Source: an uncultured Candidatus Saccharibacteria bacterium
Lineage (GTDB): Bacteria > Patescibacteriota > Saccharimonadia > Saccharimonadales > AWTP1-31
Assembly (NCBI GenBank): GCA_964629815.1
Contig: CAZVTA010000001.1
Location: 189,226 to 253,225, forward strand
DNA length: 64,000 bases
Direction: 5' to 3'
The position numbers were made by a program, and so were the translations under genes. Shown one piece after another: positions 7,830-16,120 of the stretch (within the stretch, counting starts at the first letter, position 1; each line of letters opens with the position of its first letter). Under the pieces are notes generated by a model. That model had not been told where the DNA came from. It searched no databases and was given only the letters and a program-made list of their open reading frames with translations.

Positions 7830-10145
7830 CTAACCGCCTAGTTCTTTGAGTTTTGCCTGAGTGTACTTTTCTGCTGCCAATCGCGTCAGCTCGGCATCTT
7901 CACCTTGGTTAACAAACTTCATAGACTCGGCCATGAGTGGGTGTACTTCGGCCAGCCTGTCGTGCATTTGTTGTACAAGCTTGCGGTAGCCGGGGTGCCC
8001 CTGTGGGCTGGTGCGTAGTTCGTGGAAATGGAATGCTTCGCGTGCATTGTAGGTAAGTTTCCAGCGCATGCGGTGCCCGAGCAGTGTTGCATATTGTGCT
8101 TCTTGTTCATAGCCAGCACTTTGCAGGGCGCTGTAAAGCTGCAGACTGAGGTCGAAGCAAGTTTCGAATTCATCGACTAGGCCGGCATCTTCTATAAGTT
8201 TTGGTACTTCATACCCATAGCGCGGGGTTAGTGATTGCCACTCTAAGTCGTCGACGATGCGATGGCGTTGTAGATCGCGGAAAATGCCATAGTCGCAAAT
8301 AAGGTCCCAACTGTAATGTGCTTTTTCCATGGCGCGACCGGGTTTGTGTCTGCGGTTATAGCGATCACCTACATAGGTCTGAAAGGCCTGAAGCTTTTTA
8401 GCGTAGGGCCACGATTCTACTTGTCTGCGAATGTCTTGTAACGATTGGTGACTGTGTTCGTACAGCATATCTGGTACAAGGTCGAGTTCGTTTTTGGGCC
8501 AGTAGTCGGTCAGAGTTACGGCGCTGTTGCTGTCGGGCGTGTGCGTTTGGTTAAGATTGTCATTTGCAAACTCTTTAACGCTTTCGTAGGTAAATACGCG
8601 GTAGCCCTGTAGAGCAGCGCCTCTGTCTGAAATGTCTATACGTTCAAGAAAAGCTGGAATGACTTTTCGGGCTTGTACTAGCAAGCTACGACCGACATGA
8701 TGCGCTTCGGGTAGTGGGTCGGATAGCAAATGAGAAATAAGGCTTTCAACCGCTTGCCCAGACGCATAAATACCAACAGTAGATTCGGTTGCTACGGGCA
8801 GCACCGGTCGTACAGCATCGCAGGCTTGTGCGCGCGTGGCGCCCATCCAGGCTATGTCGCGTTCTTCTGCCGGTACACTCGATTCTTTACGAACGTAGTC
8901 GGTTAGGTCATGTACCATTTTGCTGTATAGATCAAATATCTTGTCCAAGGATTGTACGTATTGGCGTTTAGTGGTGGCGTCGAGATATGCGGGTACGTGG
9001 TAACGATATTTACCATCTTTGTTTTTTTGGTCAAAGTAAATATAGCGAGTAGATTGTTCAAGATACGCTGCAAGCCTGCCCCATTCGAGTTTTTTGGTTA
9101 GTATATTGCTGGCCTTCTCTACTACGAGGTGTAAGCCAACAAGTTGTTGTACCGAATCATCTCCGTATGCGGTAATAACTCGCCGTAGAAGCTGTTCGTC
9201 TTTTTCGGCAGCAACGGCGAATTCGTCGAGTAGCGTAACGCGCATATCATCGCCGCGGCGACTCAGTCGTGCCATGGCGGCAGCAATGGTGACCGGACTC
9301 ATTTTGCCAGTAAAGGCGTACACGTTATCTGTAGTTGAGGTTACGGCACCATCGAGGTAGCTTTCGCCTGCTTTAGTGACTCGGTAAACCCCGTTTTCGT
9401 CTTTTTCGACATACGGATTATCGGTGCTTGCAGTTGCATTCGAAGATTTTTGCTGTGAAAGAGGGGGCAAAAGTGGTTCGATGGTTTGCCAGAGCATCTC
9501 AGCTACGGTATCGACATCCATGAGTTTGCCTGAGCGTATACAGTCGATACGTTGAAAGTCCTGCGGAAAGAGCTTGCACATGTCGTCGTATACTTCGACG
9601 GCTGTTTCGAGGTGCTTAAGGTCGGCTTCGTGGATGTCACGTTGTTTATCGGTGTAGCTTCGCTTGGCCTTTTTGTCGACAAGACTTTGTGCTATGTCGG
9701 CGGGAACGCGCAAGACAATGCTTTTTGTTGGTCGAGGAATTTTAAGCATTTCGAACTCGAGATTATCGAGCCAGATAAAGTAGCCTCGACGTTCTTCGGC
9801 GCTGGAAAATTTGGTGCCTTGGTGCGCCATGTTACTGCCAGTAAATCGGTTGGCAAGCACTACCTTGCCTTGCTCGAGCGCAGTACGGATGGCTTTGGCG
9901 GCTTCGTAGCGGTCGAGCGCGTAAAAGAGCGACCCTGTATAGGGGCCAACCTCGTCCGCGCTGCCATAGTTTCCGTTCAAATATTCGCGAACAAAATAAC
10001 TCGATGGCTGTTCGTACTGCGGAAAGTCGAACGCTGCAACGTCGTACCCAGCATCCTCGAGTCGACGTTTTAGTAATGCAAACTGTGTACCTTTACCAGA
10101 ACCATCGGTACCTTCTATAACTAAGAACGTTCCTGCTGAATTCAT
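7830..10145 (-). CDS. Fusion protein: thymidylate kinase (N-terminal) + ThyX-like FAD-dependent thymidylate synthase (C-terminal, two-repeat type)
   Basis: N-terminal Tmk P-loop FLVIEGTDGSGKGTQFALL and lid region. The C-terminal ~560 aa carries ThyX-like motifs: a degenerate first repeat (LEWGRLAAYLEQSTRY) and a second repeat with LQRHRIVDDLEWQSLTPRY plus FHELRTSPQGHPGYRKL. ATG 10145 preceded by GGGGAAAGG is preferred over the track GTG at 10163. Confidence 0.8.
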   Translation of the reverse strand: MNSAGTFLVIEGTDGSGKGTQFALLKRRLEDAGYDVAAFDFPQYEQPSSYFVREYLNGNYGSADEVGPYTGSLFYALDRYEAAKAIRTALEQGKVVLANRFTGSNMAHQGTKFSSAEERRGYFIWLDNLEFEMLKIPRPTKSIVLRVPADIAQSLVDKKAKRSYTDKQRDIHEADLKHLETAVEVYDDMCKLFPQDFQRIDCIRSGKLMDVDTVAEMLWQTIEPLLPPLSQQKSSNATASTDNPYVEKDENGVYRVTKAGESYLDGAVTSTTDNVYAFTGKMSPVTIAAAMARLSRRGDDMRVTLLDEFAVAAEKDEQLLRRVITAYGDDSVQQLVGLHLVVEKASNILTKKLEWGRLAAYLEQSTRYIYFDQKNKDGKYRYHVPAYLDATTKRQYVQSLDKIFDLYSKMVHDLTDYVRKESSVPAEERDIAWMGATRAQACDAVRPVLPVATESTVGIYASGQAVESLISHLLSDPLPEAHHVGRSLLVQARKVIPAFLERIDISDRGAALQGYRVFTYESVKEFANDNLNQTHTPDSNSAVTLTDYWPKNELDLVPDMLYEHSHQSLQDIRRQVESWPYAKKLQAFQTYVGDRYNRRHKPGRAMEKAHYSWDLICDYGIFRDLQRHRIVDDLEWQSLTPRYGYEVPKLIEDAGLVDEFETCFDLSLQLYSALQSAGYEQEAQYATLLGHRMRWKLTYNAREAFHFHELRTSPQGHPGYRKLVQQMHDRLAEVHPLMAESMKFVNQGEDAELTRLAAEKYTQAKLKELGG

Positions 10146-10187
10146 TATTCTACCTTTCCCCACCCAACTTGGATCGAAAAAGGAGCG

Positions 10188-10901
10188 TTAATCACCCTTA
10201 AGACCCTCGACCTTTTGTGGCAAACGCCGTTTATCTAAATATGCACGAGGTAGCATCTGGCTCGGCGCCCAGTTTTTGATAAGGGATTTTAGGTCCGTGC
10301 CAAGCTGGTACTTACCACTAAAGCCACCGTGGCGGCCTTCGCCGTAGTTGCCTTCTACTTCGCCTGTTTCGAGGAAGACGGCCTGAGCAATACGTTCTCC
10401 AACAGGTAGTAGTACAGTTTCTTTCTGGTTGAGGTTGTATATTTCGAGGGTGAGGCGGTTAATGTAGCCTGGATCCACCCAGCCGGCATCGAAGCATACT
10501 GCAATACCATTACGTCCCCAGCTTGAACGAGCTTTTACTTCGTAGGCGCCGGGTGGTTTGATGCCGAAAAATTCGTGGGTATGCGCTAAGATACGCTCAC
10601 CAGGTTTGAGTGGAATAACGGGGTGATTGGCAGGAATATTTTTGAGGAGTTTAAAGCCATTAGCCTCACACCACTCTTTGTGGGGTACGGCTTTTAATGG
10701 GCCCTCAAAATAGCGCGCTACATCTTCTTCGTCGAACGGGTTGTAAATGGTGTGGTCATCGACACGTTCGGTCCGGTAGTAGTAATACCCAAGGGTTACA
10801 TCAAGACTGGCATGCGATACATGCTTTGGATTGAATGGGGTGCAGACAATATGACCATCTTTTAAGGCCTGTTTTATCTGAATATTGCTATATACCCCCA
10901 T
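10188..10901 (-). CDS. dcd: dCTP deaminase family protein
   Basis: 237 aa; SLDVTLG, LKPGERILAHTHE, ARSSWGRNGI, VDPGYINRLTLEIYN match the Dcd/dUTPase-fold family. Confidence 0.85.
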   Translation of the reverse strand: MGVYSNIQIKQALKDGHIVCTPFNPKHVSHASLDVTLGYYYYRTERVDDHTIYNPFDEEDVARYFEGPLKAVPHKEWCEANGFKLLKNIPANHPVIPLKPGERILAHTHEFFGIKPPGAYEVKARSSWGRNGIAVCFDAGWVDPGYINRLTLEIYNLNQKETVLLPVGERIAQAVFLETGEVEGNYGEGRHGGFSGKYQLGTDLKSLIKNWAPSQMLPRAYLDKRRLPQKVEGLKGD

Positions 10902-10925
10902 TAATCCTCCCTCTTTTCGTATTCT

Positions 10926-10955
10926 ATTGTACGAAATAAATCAGAGGATTTTCAA
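10926..10955 (-). promoter_or_regulatory. Sigma70-like promoter TTGAAA-N18-TACAAT upstream of dcd
   Basis: Motif reading; followed by SD GAGGGAGGA. Confidence 0.45.
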
Positions 10956-10978
10956 GCGTAACGTCTATATTACAACTA

Positions 10979-11914
10979 CTAGTTGACTTCGCTGAGTGCA
11001 ACTTTAATGCTTGGACCCATGGTAGTGGTTACGAATAGGGTCTTAAAGTAGTTGCCTTTTACGCTGGCTGGTTTTGCGTTTTTGATGCTTGCAAGAACGG
11101 CGTTGGCATTTTCGAGTAGTTTTGCTGCCTCGAAGCTTACCTTACCGACACCGATATGCACGATACCAGTGCTGTCTACGCGATATTCTACGCGGCCCGC
11201 CTTGGCTTCGGCAACTGCTTTAGCTGGGACGGTGGTAACGGTACCGCTCTTAGGGTTTGGCATAAGTCCGCGTGGACCAAGAAGCCGAGCATATTTGCCG
11301 AGTTTAGCCATCATGCTTGGTGTCGCAACGAGAACGTCAAAGTTAATCTGGCCTTTGTCGAGAGCGTTGGTGATTTCTTCTGCGCCGGCGATATCTGCAC
11401 CAGCCTTAGCGGCCTTGGCAGCATCGTCAACATCTGCAAATACTGCAACACGAACGGTTTTACCGGTTCCGGCAGGCAAAACAAGGTTTTCGCGTATGTT
11501 CTGATCGGCATGTCGTGGGTCAACGCCCAGGCGAATGTGTAGTTCAACACTTGCATCGAACTTAACCTTGCTTGTTTTTGCGGCAAGGTTAAGCGCTTCT
11601 TTCAGGGTGTATTCCTTGTCTGCTTCGATAAGCTTTGCAGCTTCTCGGTAGTGCTTGCTGCGTCGCTCGAGGCGTGAACGTGTTTTCGGTGCAGGTTTTG
11701 CTGCTGGTTTTTCGGCTTCAGCTGCTTTGGTTTCTGCTTTTCGTGCTTCTTTCGCTTCTTTTTCTTCTGCTTCGCGGAGTGATTTTTCGCTGCGCTTACC
11801 GGCCTTAGCGGTTTTTACTTCTTGGTTTTTAGTATCTGCTTGGTCCTGAGTAGCAGTACTTTCTTGAGTAGTCCCATCCTCTACATTCTCGACTTTCTTG
11901 GCGTCTTCGGCCAT
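10979..11914 (-). CDS. rplA: 50S ribosomal protein uL1 with ~85-aa Lys/Glu/Ala-rich N-terminal extension
   Basis: 311 aa. The L1 core starts near RSKHYREAAKLIEADKEYTLKEALNL...MPNPKSGTVT. The residues before it are low-complexity charged sequence. Confidence 0.95.
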   Translation of the reverse strand: MAEDAKKVENVEDGTTQESTATQDQADTKNQEVKTAKAGKRSEKSLREAEEKEAKEARKAETKAAEAEKPAAKPAPKTRSRLERRSKHYREAAKLIEADKEYTLKEALNLAAKTSKVKFDASVELHIRLGVDPRHADQNIRENLVLPAGTGKTVRVAVFADVDDAAKAAKAGADIAGAEEITNALDKGQINFDVLVATPSMMAKLGKYARLLGPRGLMPNPKSGTVTTVPAKAVAEAKAGRVEYRVDSTGIVHIGVGKVSFEAAKLLENANAVLASIKNAKPASVKGNYFKTLFVTTTMGPSIKVALSEVN

Positions 11915-11979
11915 AGTGTGTGCTCCTTCCGTGGTGCATGCGGCTTATTGCCTCCCACAGCTTGGTTAGTAATACGTAA

Positions 11980-11988
11980 ATAATACCA
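11980..11988 (-). promoter_or_regulatory. Extended -10 promoter element TGGTATTAT upstream of rplA
   Basis: Read on the minus strand just after the stop of ORF 11997-12293. A ~65-nt leader with hairpin GTGGGAGGCAATAAGCCGCATGCACCAC (11958-11931) and SD GGAAGGAG follows. Confidence 0.4.
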
Positions 11989-11996
11989 CAAAATCT

Positions 11997-12293
11997 CTAT
12001 AATTGGAAGTAGTTTACGGGCCCTAGGTCGGGGTGATCTGAGTTGCCAGGTGTTGCATCGCGATTCGCTTGCAAATAGGCGTTAATCAGAAATTTCGCAC
12101 GAAAACTATTAAGTACTGTCGCTTGTTCGTGTAGTCGAGTATACAGATCGAGTGGCATACAAAGCTCACCAATAGCCTTCCATGCTGCTTGGCTATCGCG
12201 TTCGGTAAACAAAAGCTCCTCATGACCTACTTCGTTGAACTTTGGCTGAGGTAATGCTGCTACGTGTTTTTGGGTTTGGCCGGCGTATAACAT
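11997..12293 (-). CDS. Hypothetical protein (98 aa)
   Basis: ORF-track ORF, last of four small ORFs between rplK and rplA. No family recognised. Confidence 0.5.
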   Translation of the reverse strand: MLYAGQTQKHVAALPQPKFNEVGHEELLFTERDSQAAWKAIGELCMPLDLYTRLHEQATVLNSFRAKFLINAYLQANRDATPGNSDHPDLGPVNYFQL

Positions 12294-12295
12294 AG

Positions 12296-12610
12296 CTATC
12301 TGCTGTCGCTATTTTTTGATCCATGAATCATCACAAAGCAGGCCAATGCAATTGGTGCACCGATCGCGGCACCTCTTAAGACGCTGCCAAGTGTATTGTT
12401 CGGAAATAAATCAGGGTGCGTCATTCCAGCAAGAGCTATTAGACCAAGGTTGTTCTGGGCTACAGGTTCAAATGGTATGACATCTCCGGTTTCAGGGTCT
12501 TTACCTGCAAAGGCGGCAACTTCGTGCTCGCGGTTACGATGAAAGTAGTCACGCTGAAGTTGTAACCAGCGACTGTCTACTTCCGTAGGTACATGGGGGG
12601 TGTTGTCCAT
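12296..12610 (-). CDS. Hypothetical protein (104 aa), Gly/Ala-rich hydrophobic C-terminus
   Basis: ORF-track ORF with SD GGAG 9 nt upstream; its start overlaps the upstream ORF by 34 nt. Confidence 0.5.
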   Translation of the reverse strand: MDNTPHVPTEVDSRWLQLQRDYFHRNREHEVAAFAGKDPETGDVIPFEPVAQNNLGLIALAGMTHPDLFPNNTLGSVLRGAAIGAPIALACFVMIHGSKNSDSR

Positions 12611-12894
12611 GATTTTTTCTCCGTGGTTTCTAATGCCTCTGGGCTTTCAATTGTTTCTGCACCTGGCACATCGGCCGCGTAGCGAGCGGTCGAATATATC
12701 CAGTGATCGGTTAGTTGCTCTGATAATCCTCGTGCAACAACGACAGGCCCTAGGTACTCTGCTATCTCGGCTCTTAGTTCGGGGGGCTGAACAAGGGCTA
12801 ACTGATCGGCAATGTCGGCGATGTCTTCTGGTTGGCATGTCTGTACAGCATGCTCCCATGTTTGTATATCTGTAGTTTCGCTTAGTAATGACAT
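12577..12894 (-). CDS. Hypothetical acidic protein (105 aa)
   Basis: ORF-track ORF; its SD GGAG lies within the last codons of the upstream ORF. Confidence 0.5.
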   Translation of the reverse strand: MSLLSETTDIQTWEHAVQTCQPEDIADIADQLALVQPPELRAEIAEYLGPVVVARGLSEQLTDHWIYSTARYAADVPGAETIESPEALETTEKKSWTTPPMYLRK

Positions 12895-12898
12895 ACTT

Positions 12899-13240
12899 TT
12901 ACTCCTTTTGTGTATCTACGGTAGTAGTTTGGTTTGTATTCTGATCGGGCGCACTGGTAAACGATTTTCCGATATTATACGACAATAACTCTGCGGCAAT
13001 ACTTCCGAGCAAAAGCTGTTTGCCCAGGGTTGTGCCATATAGTTCAGTAGCGAGCGCAAAGCTACCAAGTCCCCCAACGGCAAACGCGGTCGTCAATTTG
13101 TCGAATGTCTTGACGGCTCGATCAAGTCGTCTCTGTTCTTTGGGGGCATGACATGGCTCCCCTTGTTCATCACGTAGCGGCCAATCAACATTGTAGGCTT
13201 CTACAGCTCTGTCGAGGTGATTCGTGCCAAAGTCGGACAT
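12899..13240 (-). CDS. Hypothetical protein (113 aa) with glycine-zipper-like hydrophobic segment
   Basis: ORF-track ORF starting 4 nt after the rplK stop, with SD GAGG. Confidence 0.5.
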   Translation of the reverse strand: MSDFGTNHLDRAVEAYNVDWPLRDEQGEPCHAPKEQRRLDRAVKTFDKLTTAFAVGGLGSFALATELYGTTLGKQLLLGSIAAELLSYNIGKSFTSAPDQNTNQTTTVDTQKE

Positions 13241-13243
13241 GTA

Positions 13244-13675
13244 CTAAGCCTCTATTTCTACACCCATGCTGCGGGCAGTACCAGCGACCATTTTCTTTAC
13301 GGCTTCAACATCGTCGGTATTCATGTCTTTGGCTTTTTCTTCAGCAATTTCAGTCAGTGCAGCATCGCTCAGTTTTTTGGCGATTTTTTCACTGTTTGGT
13401 TTGCCAGAGCCCTTTTGTATACCGAGTTTTGCGCGGATAAGGTCGTCTGTTGGCTGACTGACGACTCGAAAATCCATGGTTCGGTCGTCGTAGATGGTGA
13501 TATGAGCCGTAACGGTGCCTTTCATTTCCTTGGTTGCATCGTTAAACGGTTGAATAAAATCCATCATGTTAACACCGTACTGACCAAGCGTGCTACCTAC
13601 TGGAGGTGCTGCGCTTGCCTTGCCGGCTGGAATCTTCATTTTGAGGTTTGCTTTAACTTGTTTTTTGTCTGCCAT
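13244..13675 (-). CDS. rplK: 50S ribosomal protein uL11
   Basis: MADKKQVKANLKMKIPAGKASAAPPVGSTLGQYGVNMMDF is a classic L11 N-terminus. ATG 13675 with SD GGAG is preferred over the longer track ORF. Confidence 0.95.
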   Translation of the reverse strand: MADKKQVKANLKMKIPAGKASAAPPVGSTLGQYGVNMMDFIQPFNDATKEMKGTVTAHITIYDDRTMDFRVVSQPTDDLIRAKLGIQKGSGKPNSEKIAKKLSDAALTEIAEEKAKDMNTDDVEAVKKMVAGTARSMGVEIEA

Positions 13676-13734
13676 ATTCTTATTCTCCAATTGCATTATG
13701 TCGATGAAGCATTCGACTCGTGCGTAACGACCCA

Positions 13735-13763
13735 ATTATACTATAGCTTACCCCTGTTGTCTA
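13735..13763 (-). promoter_or_regulatory. Sigma70-like promoter TAGACA-N17-TATAAT upstream of rplK
   Basis: Motif reading immediately after the stop of ORF 13774-14133. Confidence 0.5.
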
Positions 13764-13773
13764 GTAAGATGCT

Positions 13774-14133
13774 TTACTTGACGGTATAGTATCCGAACAA
13801 CATTTTTCGTGTGCTGAGGGGTTTTGGTTGAGGTGTATTCGTGTTGGGTGGTGATTGTGCGTCTCGATTGGCTGTGTGTTCCGTTGTATGTGCTTTCATA
13901 AAGGCCTGCACGGCAAGTGTTGCGTAAGCTCCTGCCGGGGCGCTGTATGCTAAGGCTTCCCATGCCTCACCGCCTTTGGCAGCCACAAGAACGCTCATGA
14001 GGCCACTGAGTGCAGCGCAACTACCCGATACGGTTCCTCGGAAAAAAAGTGCACCTTTGTCTGTCGCAAGACTTTCATCCATATGGTGTACGGCTTTGGC
14101 TATTCTTGTAAAAGGTTGATGCTCAGGGTTCAT
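13774..14133 (-). CDS. Hypothetical protein (119 aa), Ala/Gly-rich hydrophobic core
   Basis: ORF-track ORF between nusG and rplK. No family recognised. Confidence 0.5.
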   Translation of the reverse strand: MNPEHQPFTRIAKAVHHMDESLATDKGALFFRGTVSGSCAALSGLMSVLVAAKGGEAWEALAYSAPAGAYATLAVQAFMKAHTTEHTANRDAQSPPNTNTPQPKPLSTRKMLFGYYTVK

Positions 14134-14147
14134 TACATTATCTCTAT

Positions 14148-14399
14148 TTACATTTCGCGGTTAAGGATTTTAGCAGCGCGTTCTTCTACGCTGGCCCAAT
14201 CTTCATCGTGTGGGTTAAGTCTTAATCCGCCCAACGCTACACCGTATATCAGCTCGGCATCTTGAGCTGCGGTTTCTGTGTGCGGTTCAAGTCCGTTTAT
14301 GGCCATCTGCACATCGTGAGGTGTGGCATGGATGCTGCGATTGATGAGCTGGTCAACACTGATTGTTGGTGGTACGGATGGTTCAAGTTCGGGTTGCAT
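14148..14399 (-). CDS. Hypothetical acidic protein (83 aa)
   Basis: ORF-track ORF between nusG and rplK. Confidence 0.5.
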   Translation of the reverse strand: MQPELEPSVPPTISVDQLINRSIHATPHDVQMAINGLEPHTETAAQDAELIYGVALGGLRLNPHDEDWASVEERAAKILNREM

Positions 14400-14431
14400 A
14401 GTTATACCTTAGAAGTGTTTTTGGGTTTTGT

Positions 14432-14872
14432 CTACTCAATTGGAGGTGTAGGTAAAGCATGTGCAATGTCGAACTCTGTAATATCTGTCTCCGGTGAAAT
14501 GGCTAAATGAATATTATCAAAAGCCCAATAAGAATAACTCAAAAAGCAATGATATCTATGAAGATCTTCGTTATTAAGTGGCGTATCAGCAAGACGGTTG
14601 AGTAATTCGATGAGCACATTACGACTAGACTCAAGCGTTATGGGCTGTGTGCCATCTACAATATTGCCAAGACTATAATCTGAGAGTTCAGAGTACTTTG
14701 CGTCTGCCATTAGTCCATTTGATACGACATGCCCGATCCATTTAGGTATTTCGGCAGATGCTCCGCCAAAACAGCCTGTGAGCCACACGGCCATACAGTC
14801 CGTGCTTGTGGCATAGTCAAACAATTCGTCTTGGGTTGGTAAGAGCGGAGGCGGTGTTGTATCTATTGGCAT
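14432..14872 (-). CDS. Hypothetical acidic protein (146 aa)
   Basis: ORF-track ORF between nusG and rplK. Confidence 0.55.
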   Translation of the reverse strand: MPIDTTPPPLLPTQDELFDYATSTDCMAVWLTGCFGGASAEIPKWIGHVVSNGLMADAKYSELSDYSLGNIVDGTQPITLESSRNVLIELLNRLADTPLNNEDLHRYHCFLSYSYWAFDNIHLAISPETDITEFDIAHALPTPPIE

Positions 14873-14884
14873 TAGTGCAAAACT

Positions 14885-15061
14885 TTATAATCTATCGACA
14901 TCATTTGACGTTGCATCTACTTGGGACTGTTGTTCGGTTTCGCGGCGATGCTCAAGGTTCGCAAGGCTAGCCAAAGCAAGCATTGGTATGCTGATAATCC
15001 CGCCCCAGATCATTCCTTCCCCAAGCTCAAAGGTTGTCTTAAGAATTTCTGCACTTTGCAC
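14885..15061 (-). CDS. Possible small single-TM protein (58 aa from GTG, or 43 aa from an internal ATG)
   Basis: Own translation: VQSAEILKTTFELGEGMIWGGIISIPMLALASLANLEHRRETEQQSQVDATSNDVDRL. Below the ORF-track size cutoff, with no convincing SD. Confidence 0.25.
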   Translation of the reverse strand: MQSAEILKTTFELGEGMIWGGIISIPMLALASLANLEHRRETEQQSQVDATSNDVDRL

Positions 15062-15064
15062 GGG

Positions 15065-15607
15065 CTATACTCGTTTTACTTGGAGGCTGTCTAGTTCGAC
15101 CGGCGTTTCGCGGCCAAACATATTGACGAGTACCTTGAGCTTGCCTTTGGCTTCGTCTACTTCATTGATAGTTCCATCGAAGCTCTTGAACGGACCATCG
15201 GTAATACTTACGACGTCGCCCACTTTGTAGTCGATTTTGTGTTTTGGCTGGTCTAGACCCATTCGCTTGTTTATCTTTTCCATTTCTTCTTCGCTAATTG
15301 GTGTTGGGTCGGTTCCACTACCAACAAAGCCGGTAACACCGGGTGTGTTACGTACGATATACCACGCGTCTTCGCTGAGTTTCATCTGTACCATAACGTA
15401 ACCCTGAAAGATTCGTTTTTCTACGACTTTGCGCTTGCCGTTCTTAATTTCGATCATTTTTTCTTTTGGTACGATAACCTGAAAGATTTTGTCTTTCATG
15501 TCGAGGCTGTCTGCGCGTTGACGGATGCTTTCTGCGACCTTTTCTTCGTAACCGCTATATGTGTGAATGGCGTACCATTGTTTGCTTGTATCGTAACGTT
15601 TGCTCAT
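15065..15607 (-). CDS. nusG: Transcription termination/antitermination factor NusG
   Basis: 180 aa; WYAIHTYSGYEEKV NGN domain and a C-terminal KOW (VGDVVSITDGPFKSFDGTI). Confidence 0.95.
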   Translation of the reverse strand: MSKRYDTSKQWYAIHTYSGYEEKVAESIRQRADSLDMKDKIFQVIVPKEKMIEIKNGKRKVVEKRIFQGYVMVQMKLSEDAWYIVRNTPGVTGFVGSGTDPTPISEEEMEKINKRMGLDQPKHKIDYKVGDVVSITDGPFKSFDGTINEVDEAKGKLKVLVNMFGRETPVELDSLQVKRV

Positions 15608-15618
15608 TGTGTGCTCCT

Positions 15619-16035
15619 TTATTGCAACAAGATTTTTCTAAAGATTTTATCGAGGCCGTAGTCAACGGTACTGACGAGTGCACCAAAGACAATAGCGAAT
15701 GCAATGACAGCAAAAAACAGCTGTCTGGTTTCGCGTCGGTCTGGCCAGGTTACCTCCCGAAGTTCGCCCCATGCTTCTTTGAAGTATTTTACAAAGAAGA
15801 CTTTAGCGAGGATTCTACCAACAAACCGAGCAGGTCGAGTTTTGAATGGTCGAAGCAAAAAACGAAGTGGTCGTAAAGCTCTAACGATTACGCTCCAAAA
15901 TTTGACCAATGGTCGCTTGCCTGCGGTAGCAGCCCGACGAATGCGTCGAGGACGATTGTTGGTTTTTTGAACGGTGCGTTCGCGAACAGTTTCGGTTTTT
16001 CGTTCTTTTAATGACTTGACTGGTAGCTTGGCCAC
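15619..16035 (-). CDS. secE: Preprotein translocase subunit SecE with long basic N-terminal extension
   Basis: The C-terminus YFKEAWGELREVTWPDRRETRQLFFAVIAFAIVFGALV is the SecE TM region. GTG start with SD AGGAGG; lies upstream of nusG. Confidence 0.85.
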   Translation of the reverse strand: MAKLPVKSLKERKTETVRERTVQKTNNRPRRIRRAATAGKRPLVKFWSVIVRALRPLRFLLRPFKTRPARFVGRILAKVFFVKYFKEAWGELREVTWPDRRETRQLFFAVIAFAIVFGALVSTVDYGLDKIFRKILLQ

Positions 16036-16048
16036 ACTGCCTCCTATA

Positions 16049-16078
16049 TTAAAAAGAGCCTACAATAATGTAGGTCTC
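16049..16078 (-). terminator. Rho-independent terminator after the histidine kinase gene
   Basis: Minus strand GAGACCTACA-TTAT-TGTAGGCTC followed by TTTTTAATAT; the secE SD follows directly. Confidence 0.65.
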
Positions 16079-16120
16079 GATATGTCAAGCATACGCTCTT
16101 CGGTTGCAACTGTCAACAGA

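Noticed and set aside
12577-12610. The 34-nt overlap of ORFs 12577-12894 and 12296-12610 as evidence of a frameshifted pseudogene
   Set aside because: The downstream ORF has its own ATG with a well-spaced GGAG, and both products read as complete small proteins. There is no homopolymer tract at the junction.
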